Source of the DNA: a virus
Taxonomy: Duplodnaviria > Caudoviricetes
Virus record (IMG/VR): IMGVR_UViG_3300014656_000001
Coordinates: 15,904-79,903 of that record
Length of the DNA stretch: 64,000 bases
Strand: one strand, 5' to 3'
The notes under the pieces were generated by a model. That model searched no databases. It was not told where the DNA came from and saw only the letters and a program-made list of their open reading frames with translations. Each line of letters begins with the position of its first letter. The stretch's first letter is position 1. Position numbers and translations under genes: made by a program. Shown piece by piece: positions 18,168-27,803 of this stretch.

Positions 18168-19289
18168 TTAACCTGTTGCTTTCGTTTGTTTTGCGGCTTT
18201 TGCAAGTTCAACACACTCTGGATCGCGTAACAGACGGGAATAAGCTTCTGCTTTGCTAATACCCTCTTTTGCAACAAGGGTATCGGCTTTCTGATCCAGT
18301 TCCAAAGCTGCATCATCAGCACTCTTGGAAAATCCAACATTGGATTTCACAATCTGTAGATTGGAAACACTGGATTCAGGAGTGGAGACAGCTTGGAACA
18401 ATTGACCAAACGCCACATTCGCCGCCGAAAGTAATTCTTCAGCTGACTTCCGAACACTCTCATCTTTGATCGTCTCCAAAGATTTCAGAATGGCGGCTTT
18501 CGTGGAGGGTTCACCGGGTAGATTTGCATACGTGGATTCCGCTTTGTGAATCAGTTCGGATTCTTCCCGTTTCGCCTTTTCCATGGCGGCTTCTTGCTGA
18601 GCTCTGGCAATGGAAGCTTGCTGAGATTTCAATACAGCATACGCCACATCACCCACTTCAGCTTTGCTTACGATAACACCATCTGGAGTTGTGAATGTTT
18701 CATCGGTCTTTTTCGATTTTTCGATGATCTTTCCACGCTCTTCAGAAGTGGCATTCAAAAAGGCTGTTTGATCGTCACCTTTCAGAATATCGTAATGTCC
18801 CTTTTCCACAGCAGTCATCGCCGCTATTTTGGTAAGCCGTTCTACTTCTGGCTGACCTTTGGACATAGCTTCTTCAACGGCTTTGGCGATAGCTGCGTCC
18901 AATTGCTCTTGAGTAAAGTTTGTGTCTTTGTCGTTACCCATTTCTAAACTCTCCTTTTCTTTCGATTTTGCAACATTGGTAAGAAGTTGATCCACTACTG
19001 TTGAGTAAGAAGAAACAACCTCTTTTATTTTGCTTGCTTTGTCCTCCATAGCAATGTCATTATCATAAAATATCTCTGAAATGGCATCGTCCATGGCATA
19101 TCTCATATTCCAAAACATCTCATTGATTTCATTCTTTTTGAGCATGTCTTCGAATATGCCCTTAACGACAGGCTCTTCAAACACAGAAGAGGGTTTTGCT
19201 TTTGCTAATACTGTATTTGCCAATGGGTTGATTCCTTTAGCACAAGAAGACACTTCTGTAATAGACTTAATTTTTATACGTTTCGCCAT
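18168..19289 (-). CDS. Capsid scaffolding protein
   Basis: Helical and charged. The N-terminus IKSITEVSSCAKGINPLANTVLAKA is typical of the segment following XkdF-type proteases. It lies between the protease and decoration/capsid genes. Confidence 0.65.
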   Translation of the reverse strand: MAKRIKIKSITEVSSCAKGINPLANTVLAKAKPSSVFEEPVVKGIFEDMLKKNEINEMFWNMRYAMDDAISEIFYDNDIAMEDKASKIKEVVSSYSTVVDQLLTNVAKSKEKESLEMGNDKDTNFTQEQLDAAIAKAVEEAMSKGQPEVERLTKIAAMTAVEKGHYDILKGDDQTAFLNATSEERGKIIEKSKKTDETFTTPDGVIVSKAEVGDVAYAVLKSQQASIARAQQEAAMEKAKREESELIHKAESTYANLPGEPSTKAAILKSLETIKDESVRKSAEELLSAANVAFGQLFQAVSTPESSVSNLQIVKSNVGFSKSADDAALELDQKADTLVAKEGISKAEAYSRLLRDPECVELAKAAKQTKATG

Positions 19290-19695
19290 CGTAATCCTCC
19301 CATTCTCCAGTTCCGCCGATTGAAAACATGGCGTACTCTCCTTTCTTTATCTTTTCCCAAACTTCAGGATGGTTTGCTTTATCAACTTGAAATTCCACAT
19401 ACCACCCCTCAAATCCAAGATCGATTTCAAGTGCTTTTTGGAGTTCGTTGGTAAAAACAAGAGATTGGGTAAGAGTTCCAACGCCTGTGTATTGGTGAGT
19501 GTCCCCCTGATCTCTGTAATGGATTACAAAATCTCGTGCGGCTTTTTCAATGTCTTCAGTAAATATAACATCCCCATCATCATCTTCCACCAAAACACCG
19601 CCAATTGTCATGATAGAAGCCCACCCACCGACAATACCTAAATCATCGCTAGTCTTGGTGATCTTACCAGATTTAGATTTGATGATCTTACTCAT
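19267..19695 (-). CDS. XkdF-like prohead serine protease
   Basis: IVGGWAS, DDDGDVI...IEKAARDF, GDTH, GWYVEFQV and WEKIKKGEYAMFSIGG motifs. Confidence 0.8.
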   Translation of the reverse strand: MSKIIKSKSGKITKTSDDLGIVGGWASIMTIGGVLVEDDDGDVIFTEDIEKAARDFVIHYRDQGDTHQYTGVGTLTQSLVFTNELQKALEIDLGFEGWYVEFQVDKANHPEVWEKIKKGEYAMFSIGGTGEWEDYDGETYKN

Positions 19696-19718
19696 AATCC
19701 GTATCCTTTCTGTGTAAC

Positions 19719-19727
19719 ATTATACCA
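19719..19727 (-). promoter_or_regulatory. Putative extended -10 promoter (TGG-TATAAT) for the protease/capsid genes
   Basis: TGn-TATAAT in an AT-rich gap about 25 nt upstream of the protease ATG. Confidence 0.4.
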
Positions 19728-19754
19728 AATTAAATAATTAATCAATAGTAAATT

Positions 19755-20732
19755 TTACACAACCTTGTAAATCAGACGACACCTACAGTTCACGACCTCC
19801 TCAGGAGGTGCGTTGGGATCGCGTGGGTAACGTAATAAATTCCCTCTTGGAGTCTTAAATGGCTGGTCTATTCCCACCCCATCTTTATTCAATTTAGGCA
19901 TCCCTTTATGTGACCACCTCGTTCTTTCATCCAAAGTAGCCACCCAAAATCTCAACAGTTCCACCTGCATACTCCCCTCATCATACGCCTGTTTCAGAGA
20001 TTCAAACTCACCCATGGATATAGCTCTCATCGCTTCGGTACGTGCCACAGTCTCAGCCCTGTACTTCAACGTTCTCTCTCTGTATCTGTCCACCATCTTA
20101 TCGATCTTCTCTTGAGAGATTGGTTTGTCTTTCTTTTTGGCACTGGACAGCAGTTTGTCAAATCTCTTGTCTCTAAGGGTGTTTTTCAGAGCAGATGATA
20201 TGTCTCCCGATTCCAACGATGCCCGAAAATTACTGACCGCCTGATTCTGTATTTGTGTCAATCCAATACTATCCCGTATATCCCTTGCGGCTTTGATTGG
20301 ATTGACACCCGCAATAATATTAGCCTCTAACTGATCCACAACAACCTTTCTAGTTCCCATGGATATATCACTGACCAGACGCACATAGTGATTCTTGAAC
20401 TCCCGAATGACACCCTGATCCAGCATATCAAATGTGTAAGTCTCCAGAATTGCCTTTTTGGGAAGTTGGCCGATCACAGCCCTCCCTCCCTCAGCTACGG
20501 CATCAATCAGAGTGTCCCGAATCTCTTTCCCAATAATCTTCTCCAAATCACCCAGTTTTGCCAGAACAGCAGATATACCTCCAGTAACAATCAACCCTTC
20601 CAACTCTGACAGGATTATACCGCTCTTGATTTTTTCAAAAGCGGCAAGAAGCCCTTGTTCGATCTTAGGTTCGTACTTGGACGCAATCCTATCCAAATGA
20701 TCTGTTGTGTCTGACTTATTCAGGTTTACCAT
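19755..20732 (-). CDS. Mu gpF-like head morphogenesis/minor head protein
   Basis: RAETVARTE, FWVATLDERTRWSH and LRYPRDPNAPPEEVVNCRCRL motifs. Confidence 0.85.
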   Translation of the reverse strand: MVNLNKSDTTDHLDRIASKYEPKIEQGLLAAFEKIKSGIILSELEGLIVTGGISAVLAKLGDLEKIIGKEIRDTLIDAVAEGGRAVIGQLPKKAILETYTFDMLDQGVIREFKNHYVRLVSDISMGTRKVVVDQLEANIIAGVNPIKAARDIRDSIGLTQIQNQAVSNFRASLESGDISSALKNTLRDKRFDKLLSSAKKKDKPISQEKIDKMVDRYRERTLKYRAETVARTEAMRAISMGEFESLKQAYDEGSMQVELLRFWVATLDERTRWSHKGMPKLNKDGVGIDQPFKTPRGNLLRYPRDPNAPPEEVVNCRCRLIYKVV

Positions 20733-22137
20733 TAGGCACTCCCATTATTGGAGGCTTATTCGCCTGTGTCTCTTTAATCTCTAATTCTTTGTGAGAAGGT
20801 ACTATGTAATCGTTTACGGGGTTCTTATCGGGGAATCCCGCCCGAGCTCTTACGTGGGCTTCCAAATCGTCATCGGGGAATATGGGCATTCCAGCATCAC
20901 CCAGATTCTTAACTGCTTCAGATAGTTCGAGAACGTTTTCTGGATCAACTTTACCGTACTGCATTTTAGGCATAGTGATTCTATCGAATCCATTAATATC
21001 AAATAATGCGGGGATGATTCTTCGATTGAAAACAGCCGCTATGATACTCAACCACCCTTCCAACGCATTCATGAAGATGGAAGATTTGTCTCTGGAAAGG
21101 GCTTGTGATCCCCTCTCACCAACACCAAGCATCACCCAATCAGCCAGCACACTACGGCATATCCCTCTCGAATGACGATCCAGTACAGCCCCCGTATCAA
21201 TCGTTCGTGTGCCAGAAGACGCCATTAGCTTAAAATTCACCTTCTTCACATCACTAATCTTTCCCTCAGCATCAATAAATGTATCAGAGGGAATGACAAC
21301 CCCTGCTTGCTGATTGATTCGAACGTTCTTCACTAAATTCACATACGTCTGTACCACAGCTATATCAGCTGCGGCAGTTGACTTTAATAACTCATCAGGT
21401 AATTCAACAATAGGCAAACCCGTCAATTCACGTTCCACCCCAATTGCTTCAATCATTTCCAAACTCTTCTTGAAATGATATGCTTTATAAGCACTTCGAA
21501 GAGCCGATTTTCCTTCTGGGTTGTTCTTTGTATATTTAGACCTGAACAAAACACAACGATCCATGGGAAGAAATATATCTCCCATCCCATAAGGGGGTGT
21601 TTGATACGCTCCAATCACTTCATCCCCATGAAAAGCCCATTTATGGATAGTGTCTTGTGATCTGGGAGCCAGATTTCTAAGTCCAATTTTCCCGTCATCA
21701 TAAGCACTTCTGAACCTCGGGTCGCTCTGTTTGATTCCCTTACGACGTTTATAGATAATCTCAAACAGGGAAAATCCAAATGGAATCATACTCAAGACCT
21801 CAACCACAAAGTCTTCCAGTGACACATCCATGTCTTTGAGCACTTCCCGTACAAACTCAGCTTTATCTTCGTATTCTGGATTCGATCTATAATCTTCATC
21901 CACCACCACAGTCCATGGAACAGACCTGATTGTCATCTCAATAGCAAAGATGACAGAGCCAACAGTCTCATCTGATTCCATCATCTCTTTATACATCTTG
22001 GCGGCTTTTACCCCTTGCAGGTCTGGCTGGTACTCTTCCATGATGTACCCGCTACTTTGTTTCAGACCTGTTACCCCCAAAGGCATTCCTATCTTGTTAT
22101 TCACGGCTTTCTTCACTAAATGCTTTGTTCTGGGCAT
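20716..22137 (-). CDS. Portal protein (DUF935/Mu gp29-like)
   Basis: MIPFGFSLFEIIYK, NNPEGKSALRSAY, IEAIGVERELTGLP and FPDDDLEAHVR motifs. It follows terL. Confidence 0.88.
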   Translation of the reverse strand: MPRTKHLVKKAVNNKIGMPLGVTGLKQSSGYIMEEYQPDLQGVKAAKMYKEMMESDETVGSVIFAIEMTIRSVPWTVVVDEDYRSNPEYEDKAEFVREVLKDMDVSLEDFVVEVLSMIPFGFSLFEIIYKRRKGIKQSDPRFRSAYDDGKIGLRNLAPRSQDTIHKWAFHGDEVIGAYQTPPYGMGDIFLPMDRCVLFRSKYTKNNPEGKSALRSAYKAYHFKKSLEMIEAIGVERELTGLPIVELPDELLKSTAAADIAVVQTYVNLVKNVRINQQAGVVIPSDTFIDAEGKISDVKKVNFKLMASSGTRTIDTGAVLDRHSRGICRSVLADWVMLGVGERGSQALSRDKSSIFMNALEGWLSIIAAVFNRRIIPALFDINGFDRITMPKMQYGKVDPENVLELSEAVKNLGDAGMPIFPDDDLEAHVRARAGFPDKNPVNDYIVPSHKELEIKETQANKPPIMGVPNGKPE

Positions 22138-22151
22138 AATAATCTCTCCTT

Positions 22152-23765
22152 TTACATAACCGGGCCTGATACAACGGGAACTCCATCAGGTTTATCTACA
22201 AATTTTGTTTTATACGTCATTTCATCCTTATTATATCCTACAACCATTTTGTCAGACTTTCCCATTAAAATTTCAGGGGAACCCGCCACGCCATGTTGAT
22301 TCCCCATTTTCTCAAGCAGTCTGATTTCATGGAACGCTCTGGAACTGGCATCCACTTGATCCAGAAATTTACCGTTAGGGAACGATCCACACTCATCCAA
22401 ATAAATCTCATTCCATACATCTTTCACAATGAAAACATTCCCAATTTCAACCTGAGCTGCAAACGACTGAGCACGTATTTCTTTATCCCCCGATTCCAAT
22501 GAGGTGCGTATTGGGTATCCCGCCAGCATAGTTTTCAAATGTTGAGCCGATAACTTGCCAGCAGATGCAGGGTCTTGGGGGAACGACTGAAGCCTTACAT
22601 GATGACCTTCATCATCGGCATCAACAATCGCTTTGATCTTAGCCTCAAGAGCACCTGGGGTAAGACGAAAACGGCAAACGTTTATGATATAGTATTTCCC
22701 TTCAACCTTCTTAATTAAAACACCACACGTCCACGCAGCTCTCTTATCAGAACTTGCCGCCAAGTCCCATCCCCTCACGATAATACCTCCAGAAGGCACT
22801 TTATCATAAGTAATTTCTTTGAACCACTTGGGATCGAACATCCCCCCTTGACGGGGAGCAGGTCTCTGCTGAAGCTGTCCCGCCGCCGCATACACCCCCA
22901 TGGCATCTTCCAGATTCTTTACCTCACGTTCTCCAAACTTCTCTTCCCATATCAACTCCCCATCAATCTCTCTGGGGTCTTCTGGATGGACGTAAGGGTG
23001 ATCGTATTCGTATTTACATGGAAGTACCAGATGTTTGTAACCTACTTTAATCATCTCCCCCGCCAAATCTTCCTCATGCACTCTCTGTTGGATGATAATC
23101 TTTACACCTGTCTTTGCATCATTCAAACGGGTGGAAACAGCTTCTTTCCACCATTCGACAGTGGATCGTCTAACAGATTCTGATTCCCCTTCTACTACAT
23201 TGTGTGGATCATCTACGATGAGAAAATCACCGCCCTCTCCCGTAACCGAACCTCCAACAGATGCGATTGTACGATACCCTTGTTTTGTTGTTTCATACCT
23301 GCGTTTCTGATTCTGGTCGTCAGCCAGTTCAACGATATCTCCCCATCTCTCCCTGAACCAATCAGACTCAATTAACCTGCGACACTTCACACTGTCGCGC
23401 TCACATAAGTTTAATGCGTAAGAGAAAAAGAAAAACCTAATGGAAGCGTCTTGTATCCAACACCACACAGGAAACAAAACTGCTACTATGGAAGATTTAC
23501 AGTGACGGGGAGGTATATTAATAACTAACCTTTTTATTTCCCTGCGGTAGCATTTTTCGAGGTATTTACAAATCAATTTAATATGCCAACCGTCAGCGAA
23601 AGGTGCTGGGTCGATTGCCGGCCAAGTCAGTCTCACGAAATCATGAAATGACCTTTTCCCCAATTCACGATCAATGCTAACCTCATTCAGCATATTATGA
23701 GTGTTCTTTTCACTGTCCAGCATCAAGTGTCTATCGCTATTCAGCGTATTTTTAGTTCTGGGCAT
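22152..23765 (-). CDS. terL: Terminase large subunit
   Basis: Walker A INIPPRHCKSS, Walker B LIVDDPH, and nuclease motifs GWDLA and DQVDA. Confidence 0.95.
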   Translation of the reverse strand: MPRTKNTLNSDRHLMLDSEKNTHNMLNEVSIDRELGKRSFHDFVRLTWPAIDPAPFADGWHIKLICKYLEKCYRREIKRLVINIPPRHCKSSIVAVLFPVWCWIQDASIRFFFFSYALNLCERDSVKCRRLIESDWFRERWGDIVELADDQNQKRRYETTKQGYRTIASVGGSVTGEGGDFLIVDDPHNVVEGESESVRRSTVEWWKEAVSTRLNDAKTGVKIIIQQRVHEEDLAGEMIKVGYKHLVLPCKYEYDHPYVHPEDPREIDGELIWEEKFGEREVKNLEDAMGVYAAAGQLQQRPAPRQGGMFDPKWFKEITYDKVPSGGIIVRGWDLAASSDKRAAWTCGVLIKKVEGKYYIINVCRFRLTPGALEAKIKAIVDADDEGHHVRLQSFPQDPASAGKLSAQHLKTMLAGYPIRTSLESGDKEIRAQSFAAQVEIGNVFIVKDVWNEIYLDECGSFPNGKFLDQVDASSRAFHEIRLLEKMGNQHGVAGSPEILMGKSDKMVVGYNKDEMTYKTKFVDKPDGVPVVSGPVM

Positions 23766-24495
23766 TATCCACCATCTCTTCCACAATATCGGGAGCCACT
23801 TCTTGCATCTCGATCATATCGGCCTCTGTAAATGATGCCTTCTCAAACGAAATCTGATCGAGCTTCCCGTTTGCCTTCGCAGACATGTCTTTCAATGCTT
23901 GCAACTCTTCAGTAGAAAATTTGGACATATCCAGATGGACGTGTTTATGGGTGTTCATCTCCAGTTTTTCGGCATTACGTCTCCACCTCATACCGTTACG
24001 GTTACACAAGAAGAAAATGATGGCGCGGGTGTCTGGAGGAAAGTACATTTCTTCTTCAGTTTCAATTCTCTCGGTATACGTTAATACCTCACCGTGATCG
24101 TCCAGCACGGGCATACCTGACTTATCAGTAACGACTTTGGTTTTTGCAATGCTCTTCTCAATCGTCTTGGAGTAACCTACAGCCCTTGTTCTCAACGCAC
24201 TCTCAACAACTTCAGTATCATATATATCCCTGCCAGCCTTCAACGCTTTGCTAAATCTGGGATGCTTATTCTTCCAGACAGATATGACTCTTTCTTTCAC
24301 TCCAAATATCATGGCTAGATCAGGTATTGTTGCTCCCATACGGGAACATACACGAAAGGCGAGTTTTGGATGTAATTCATCATCATAGACACTATGAGAC
24401 AGCTTATCCAAAGCAGACCTCATTTCATACCTATTCAAAGCTCCTTCGAACTCATCCAGGTCTAGTTCAGCAGGTTTTTCCAGTGTTCTTGGCAT
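23752..24495 (-). CDS. terS: Terminase small subunit
   Basis: HTH segment GATIPDLAMIFGVKERVISVWKNKHPRFSKALKAG and PPDTRAIIFFLCNR. Overlaps the terL start. Confidence 0.85.
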   Translation of the reverse strand: MPRTLEKPAELDLDEFEGALNRYEMRSALDKLSHSVYDDELHPKLAFRVCSRMGATIPDLAMIFGVKERVISVWKNKHPRFSKALKAGRDIYDTEVVESALRTRAVGYSKTIEKSIAKTKVVTDKSGMPVLDDHGEVLTYTERIETEEEMYFPPDTRAIIFFLCNRNGMRWRRNAEKLEMNTHKHVHLDMSKFSTEELQALKDMSAKANGKLDQISFEKASFTEADMIEMQEVAPDIVEEMVDNAQN

Positions 24496-24521
24496 AACTA
24501 AATCCTCCACTTTCCTCCATC

Positions 24522-24549
24522 AGTATAAACAACATGTAAAAATAGTCAA
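24522..24549 (-). promoter_or_regulatory. Putative sigma70-like promoter for the terminase/morphogenesis operon
   Basis: The minus strand reads TTGACT-N16-TATACT just upstream of terS. Confidence 0.55.
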
Positions 24550-24559
24550 CACAATTTGT

Positions 24560-24580
24560 GAGGTCAGTTGTATAATAGAG
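24560..24580 (+). promoter_or_regulatory. Phage-specific promoter motif, copy 1 (GAGGTCAGTTGTATAATAGAG)
   Basis: 20/21 identical to the motif at 41179-41199. It has a TATAAT box but no canonical -35. Confidence 0.65.
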
Positions 24581-24715
24581 TTGTTACAATTTGCTGAATG
24601 GTTCAAAGTTGTGATGGGACATAGAGCTGATGCGTTGCTCGAACAGGCCTCAGATAACTCCCCTGATTAATCTCACGCATGGGATGTGTCCCAATTTCTT
24701 TTTGGAGAAACAAAC

Positions 24716-24874
24716 ATGAGCAAGGAAACTAATGGCATAACCAGTAAACAAGCAAACTCGATAAAATGGATACTCGCCTCTATTGCCTGTGCACTCTTTA
24801 GTATTGTGTGCTTTATACTGTCCACTATACTCTTTTCAATCGCTCAGGGATTACGAGAAGCCGGGAGCATGTGA
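24716..24874 (+). CDS. Small membrane protein
   Basis: SD GGAG and a single hydrophobic helix, WILASIACALFSIVCFILSTILFSIA. Confidence 0.6.
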   Translation: MSKETNGITSKQANSIKWILASIACALFSIVCFILSTILFSIAQGLREAGSM

Positions 24875-24893
24875 ATCTATATTGGAGAAAAAA

Positions 24894-25310
24894 ATGAATA
24901 AAAAAGACTTATCACCACTTGGCACAAATAGTAAAACTAACAGAGGTTTTGGATTGATCGAATTTCTTGATGAATATGGAAAAAAATGCAGTCTGCAAAT
25001 CAGTTCACGCGCTGTGTGTGAAAATGATGATGGTACAGTTGATGACCCTCTTGGTTGGATATGGCTTGGAATTGATGATCCAGAACCAAAAATCATGAAA
25101 ACAAAAGCACAAAAAATTGGTATGGCATTACCTCCTGGAGAAGTCAGTGGATGGATGCCGTATCCAATACCCGATGATGTATTGATACACACAAGAATGC
25201 ACCTCAATGAAACACAAGTGCGGGGTTTGATAGAGAGGTTACAAATATGGCTCGAAACTGGAACATTTACAGAAGAAACAGGAGAAACGAATGAAAAAGT
25301 TACAAGTTGA
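24894..25310 (+). CDS. Conserved phage hypothetical protein
   Basis: SD GGAG. The TNRGF..EF.D.YG..CSLQ.SS.A...IWLG pattern is familiar from phage hypothetical proteins. Confidence 0.65.
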   Translation: MNKKDLSPLGTNSKTNRGFGLIEFLDEYGKKCSLQISSRAVCENDDGTVDDPLGWIWLGIDDPEPKIMKTKAQKIGMALPPGEVSGWMPYPIPDDVLIHTRMHLNETQVRGLIERLQIWLETGTFTEETGETNEKVTS

Positions 25311-25542
25311 ATACCAAAACTCACCGGGAAATTTTCCTAAAACACCCATCTACACCAATACGCAATGTGAAAAATGTGGCGATCTTAATCGTATACCTGG
25401 GTTGGAATACATCGGCCCTGTATATAACACGTTCGATAAAACCAAAATCAATGAACCTGAGGTAATGAAAGTAACATGCAGGCGATGTGGTTATATTGCC
25501 TATATGTCTCCCATTCAACCACGGGAGGAAACGAATGAATAA
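25291..25542 (+). CDS. Small zinc-ribbon protein
   Basis: CEKCG...CRRCG Cys pairs, with an SD and overlaps with its neighbours. Confidence 0.6.
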   Translation: MKKLQVEYQNSPGNFPKTPIYTNTQCEKCGDLNRIPGLEYIGPVYNTFDKTKINEPEVMKVTCRRCGYIAYMSPIQPREETNE

Positions 25543-25795
25543 CAACGTGCAATATGTCCCCATCGTCTTTCGCAAGGGGTTTTGGTTATCATGCGGGAAT
25601 TACACGTCTGATATCAACCAAGCCATCGAATACGCTCAGAATTACGCCAAGAAAGAAAACGCAATAACTGGAGTCAGATACAAACGGGGAAACGTTGTTG
25701 TGGACAAAAGAGTGGATGAACAGGGTTTTCTCCACACTCACACACCCTCAGACATGCCAATTAAAGCCCCATACAGCCCCGCTACAGGCATTTAA
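25535..25795 (+). CDS. Hypothetical protein
   Basis: SD GGGAGG, overlapping the upstream gene end. Confidence 0.55.
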   Translation: MNNNVQYVPIVFRKGFWLSCGNYTSDINQAIEYAQNYAKKENAITGVRYKRGNVVVDKRVDEQGFLHTHTPSDMPIKAPYSPATGI

Positions 25796-25831
25796 GGGAG
25801 CAACACACACATAAGCACTGGAGAATAAAAG

Positions 25832-26164
25832 ATGAAACCTGACTTTGACGTTACTCTCTCTTTGAAAAGTCCCATAAACAGCATTGCTGAGCTCTGGAAA
25901 AAGTTTGACAGGGAGATGCTGACACTCATTCAATTGGAAGTCAGTGATTCTGTGTTTCGAACCATCCAAAACGATATACGAATAATGATACAAGATTTTG
26001 GCCTCAATCTCAGTACATATTCAGTGAGACGTATTGTTATGGAGGTGTTTGGTGTTTTAATCAAACGCATAGTCCCTCCCCACAAAGACCTCCATGACAA
26101 AACATTCACAGCGCATTATAAAGCAGGTATACACCACTACGAGGTACAAGGAAAAATTGTATAA
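25832..26164 (+). CDS. Hypothetical protein
   Basis: SD GGAG, 110 aa. Confidence 0.55.
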   Translation: MKPDFDVTLSLKSPINSIAELWKKFDREMLTLIQLEVSDSVFRTIQNDIRIMIQDFGLNLSTYSVRRIVMEVFGVLIKRIVPPHKDLHDKTFTAHYKAGIHHYEVQGKIV

Positions 26165-26207
26165 TCAAAAGAAAATTAGCCTAAAACATCATTCCCATTG
26201 CAATGCA

Positions 26208-26237
26208 GCCCTCTACACCTCCAGAGGGCATTTTTTT
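26208..26237 (+). terminator. Rho-independent terminator
   Basis: GCCCTCT-loop-AGAGGGC followed by T7. Confidence 0.75.
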
Positions 26238-26445
26238 ATCTAAAAATTATACCATTATTGCTTACCTCGATCGATTCCCCGTACAGATGCTTATATAGTG
26301 AGCAAAACTATTTACCTGCCTGGATCGATGCCCAGTGCCCAAACTTTGAAAATAATTGGGTGTGGCTGCCCCCTACTACACAAGACGTTTTCGGGTTTTT
26401 CATTCTCTATCAAATCTATAGACTGTGTAGACTAATAAACGGTTA

Positions 26446-27063
26446 CTCTACTTAGTCTATAGAGTAAGTAGGGCGGTTGTGCGTGTGTATGGGTGTTTGG
26501 GTATGGGTGACTGTGGCTGGCGTTTCAACGTTTCATGAACATCTATTCATTCCATCTATCTATCCATATCCAAGTAGATTGAAATGGACATCTATTCACT
26601 AGAGAGAGTATGTACCCATAGAACGTTCTGTATCATGCATCTACTTGGATATGGATATCTATATGCTTTGTTGTCTGGTATCCATCCCAGTCTACTATCC
26701 AAAGTATAGCTAGAACGCTTTCTAATACTCTATGTGACAACTTTATTGAGCTGTCAGTCATTTCTACTCTTAATCGGCTTTGAATCGCTTATATGTGACG
26801 CATGGTAAACCTCTCTACTTAGTCTATAGAGTAAGTAGAGAGTGAGAAGTAATTGCACAATATGGGTAAACTTTGCTCACTCTCTAGTGAATAAGTAGAG
26901 TATGCTTTATATTCTTTATATTTATAGACTTATGGAAGCAGGTAGTATGGGTGTAGTATAATAGCGGGCAAATGTTGCGCAAGTTTACATAATGCTTAGT
27001 ACATGGGTAGGGATTTATACACTAGATATTGTGTATTTGTCTATGCTTTATATTCTTTATATT
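26446..27063. repeat. Non-coding cluster of palindromes, inverted repeats and direct repeats
   Basis: CTCTACTTAGTCTATAGAGTAAGTAG at 26446 and 26811 (32-bp near-perfect palindrome). Perfect 19-bp inverted repeat at 26561-26579/26639-26657. 22-bp direct repeat TATGCTTTATATTCTTTATATT at 26901 and 27042. Confidence 0.9.
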
Positions 27064-27069
27064 GGCATA

Positions 27070-27560
27070 GTGATTGCTTACAGTATGGGCGTAAGTCAAA
27101 TCTGACTTACAGTTCTTTGATAACTCTCCAAACCACTAGTATCAAGCAATCCAGACGCTAGTCTTGAGATTAACTATCTCACATAGCAGAATATCAATAC
27201 GCTATGGGATGATTGAGCGCAAAGCTCAATCTCTCTCTTTATGCTCTCCAGCAAGAGCCGGCTAAATGCCCCATATTGAGAGATTCGTGATTGACTTGAG
27301 AAAGTGACCACTATTCCCATTTACGCTAAAAAACACCAAATGTTTAACAGTGTGAATCTCTCTCAGAGATTAATCATTGGAAATGGGAATATGAAGCGAT
27401 TCCATTCACTCCAGAGATTAATGAAAATCTCGATATACTGGAATCCAATAGACTATATGCGTAAGAACTATAGTCTATGATATTTGACAATCTAACTTCT
27501 ATTTATCGAACGATTCGAAGAATCTATGAGATTCACTATTCGTGCGATAGTTGTCACAGC
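27070..27560 (+). ncRNA. Candidate large structured RNA (hairpin-dense non-coding tract)
   Basis: No ORF of 60 aa or more. About ten short hairpins (e.g. GTAAGTCA/TGACTTAC, GATTGAGC/GCTCAATC, TGAGAT/ATCTCA, ATAGACTAT/ATAGTCTAT) plus a long-range GATTGCTT/AAGCAATC pairing. The strand is assumed. Confidence 0.35.
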
Positions 27561-27803
27561 TGGACTTGACAATAAGATACCCAATAGATAAATAGACTTC
27601 CCTGTATATGTAGTAGCATAACTGGCTAGCAAGCTACCCTACTACAAATTATAATGAATAGCACATTTGAATATTCTCTTCTCTTCTCTTTCTCTAGCAA
27701 AGAGAGAGAAGATATTGCATTATTGTAGTATCTTCTCTCTAATTGCCATTCCAAGCGATAGTTTGGAATGAGTAAAATTAGAGAAAAGAGAGAGAGTAAA
27801 AAA

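Noticed and set aside
13-24097. Numerous plus-strand ORFs over the structural module (e.g. 1818, 2730, 3231, 13837, 14603)
   Set aside because: They are antisense to well-supported, tightly packed minus-strand structural genes, with no RBS or recognisable motifs.
24583-24700. HDV-like/theta ribozyme or preQ1 riboswitch
   Set aside because: The helix order does not fit the HDV nested double pseudoknot, and no preQ1 consensus was recognised. Kept only as an unassigned structure.
26198-26455. 85-aa ORF after the terminator
   Set aside because: It has a TTG start with no SD, spans the terminator and looks non-coding.
26811-26842. Protelomerase telomere-resolution site
   Set aside because: The palindrome is shorter than typical tel sites, is present in four copies, and no protelomerase gene is in the window.
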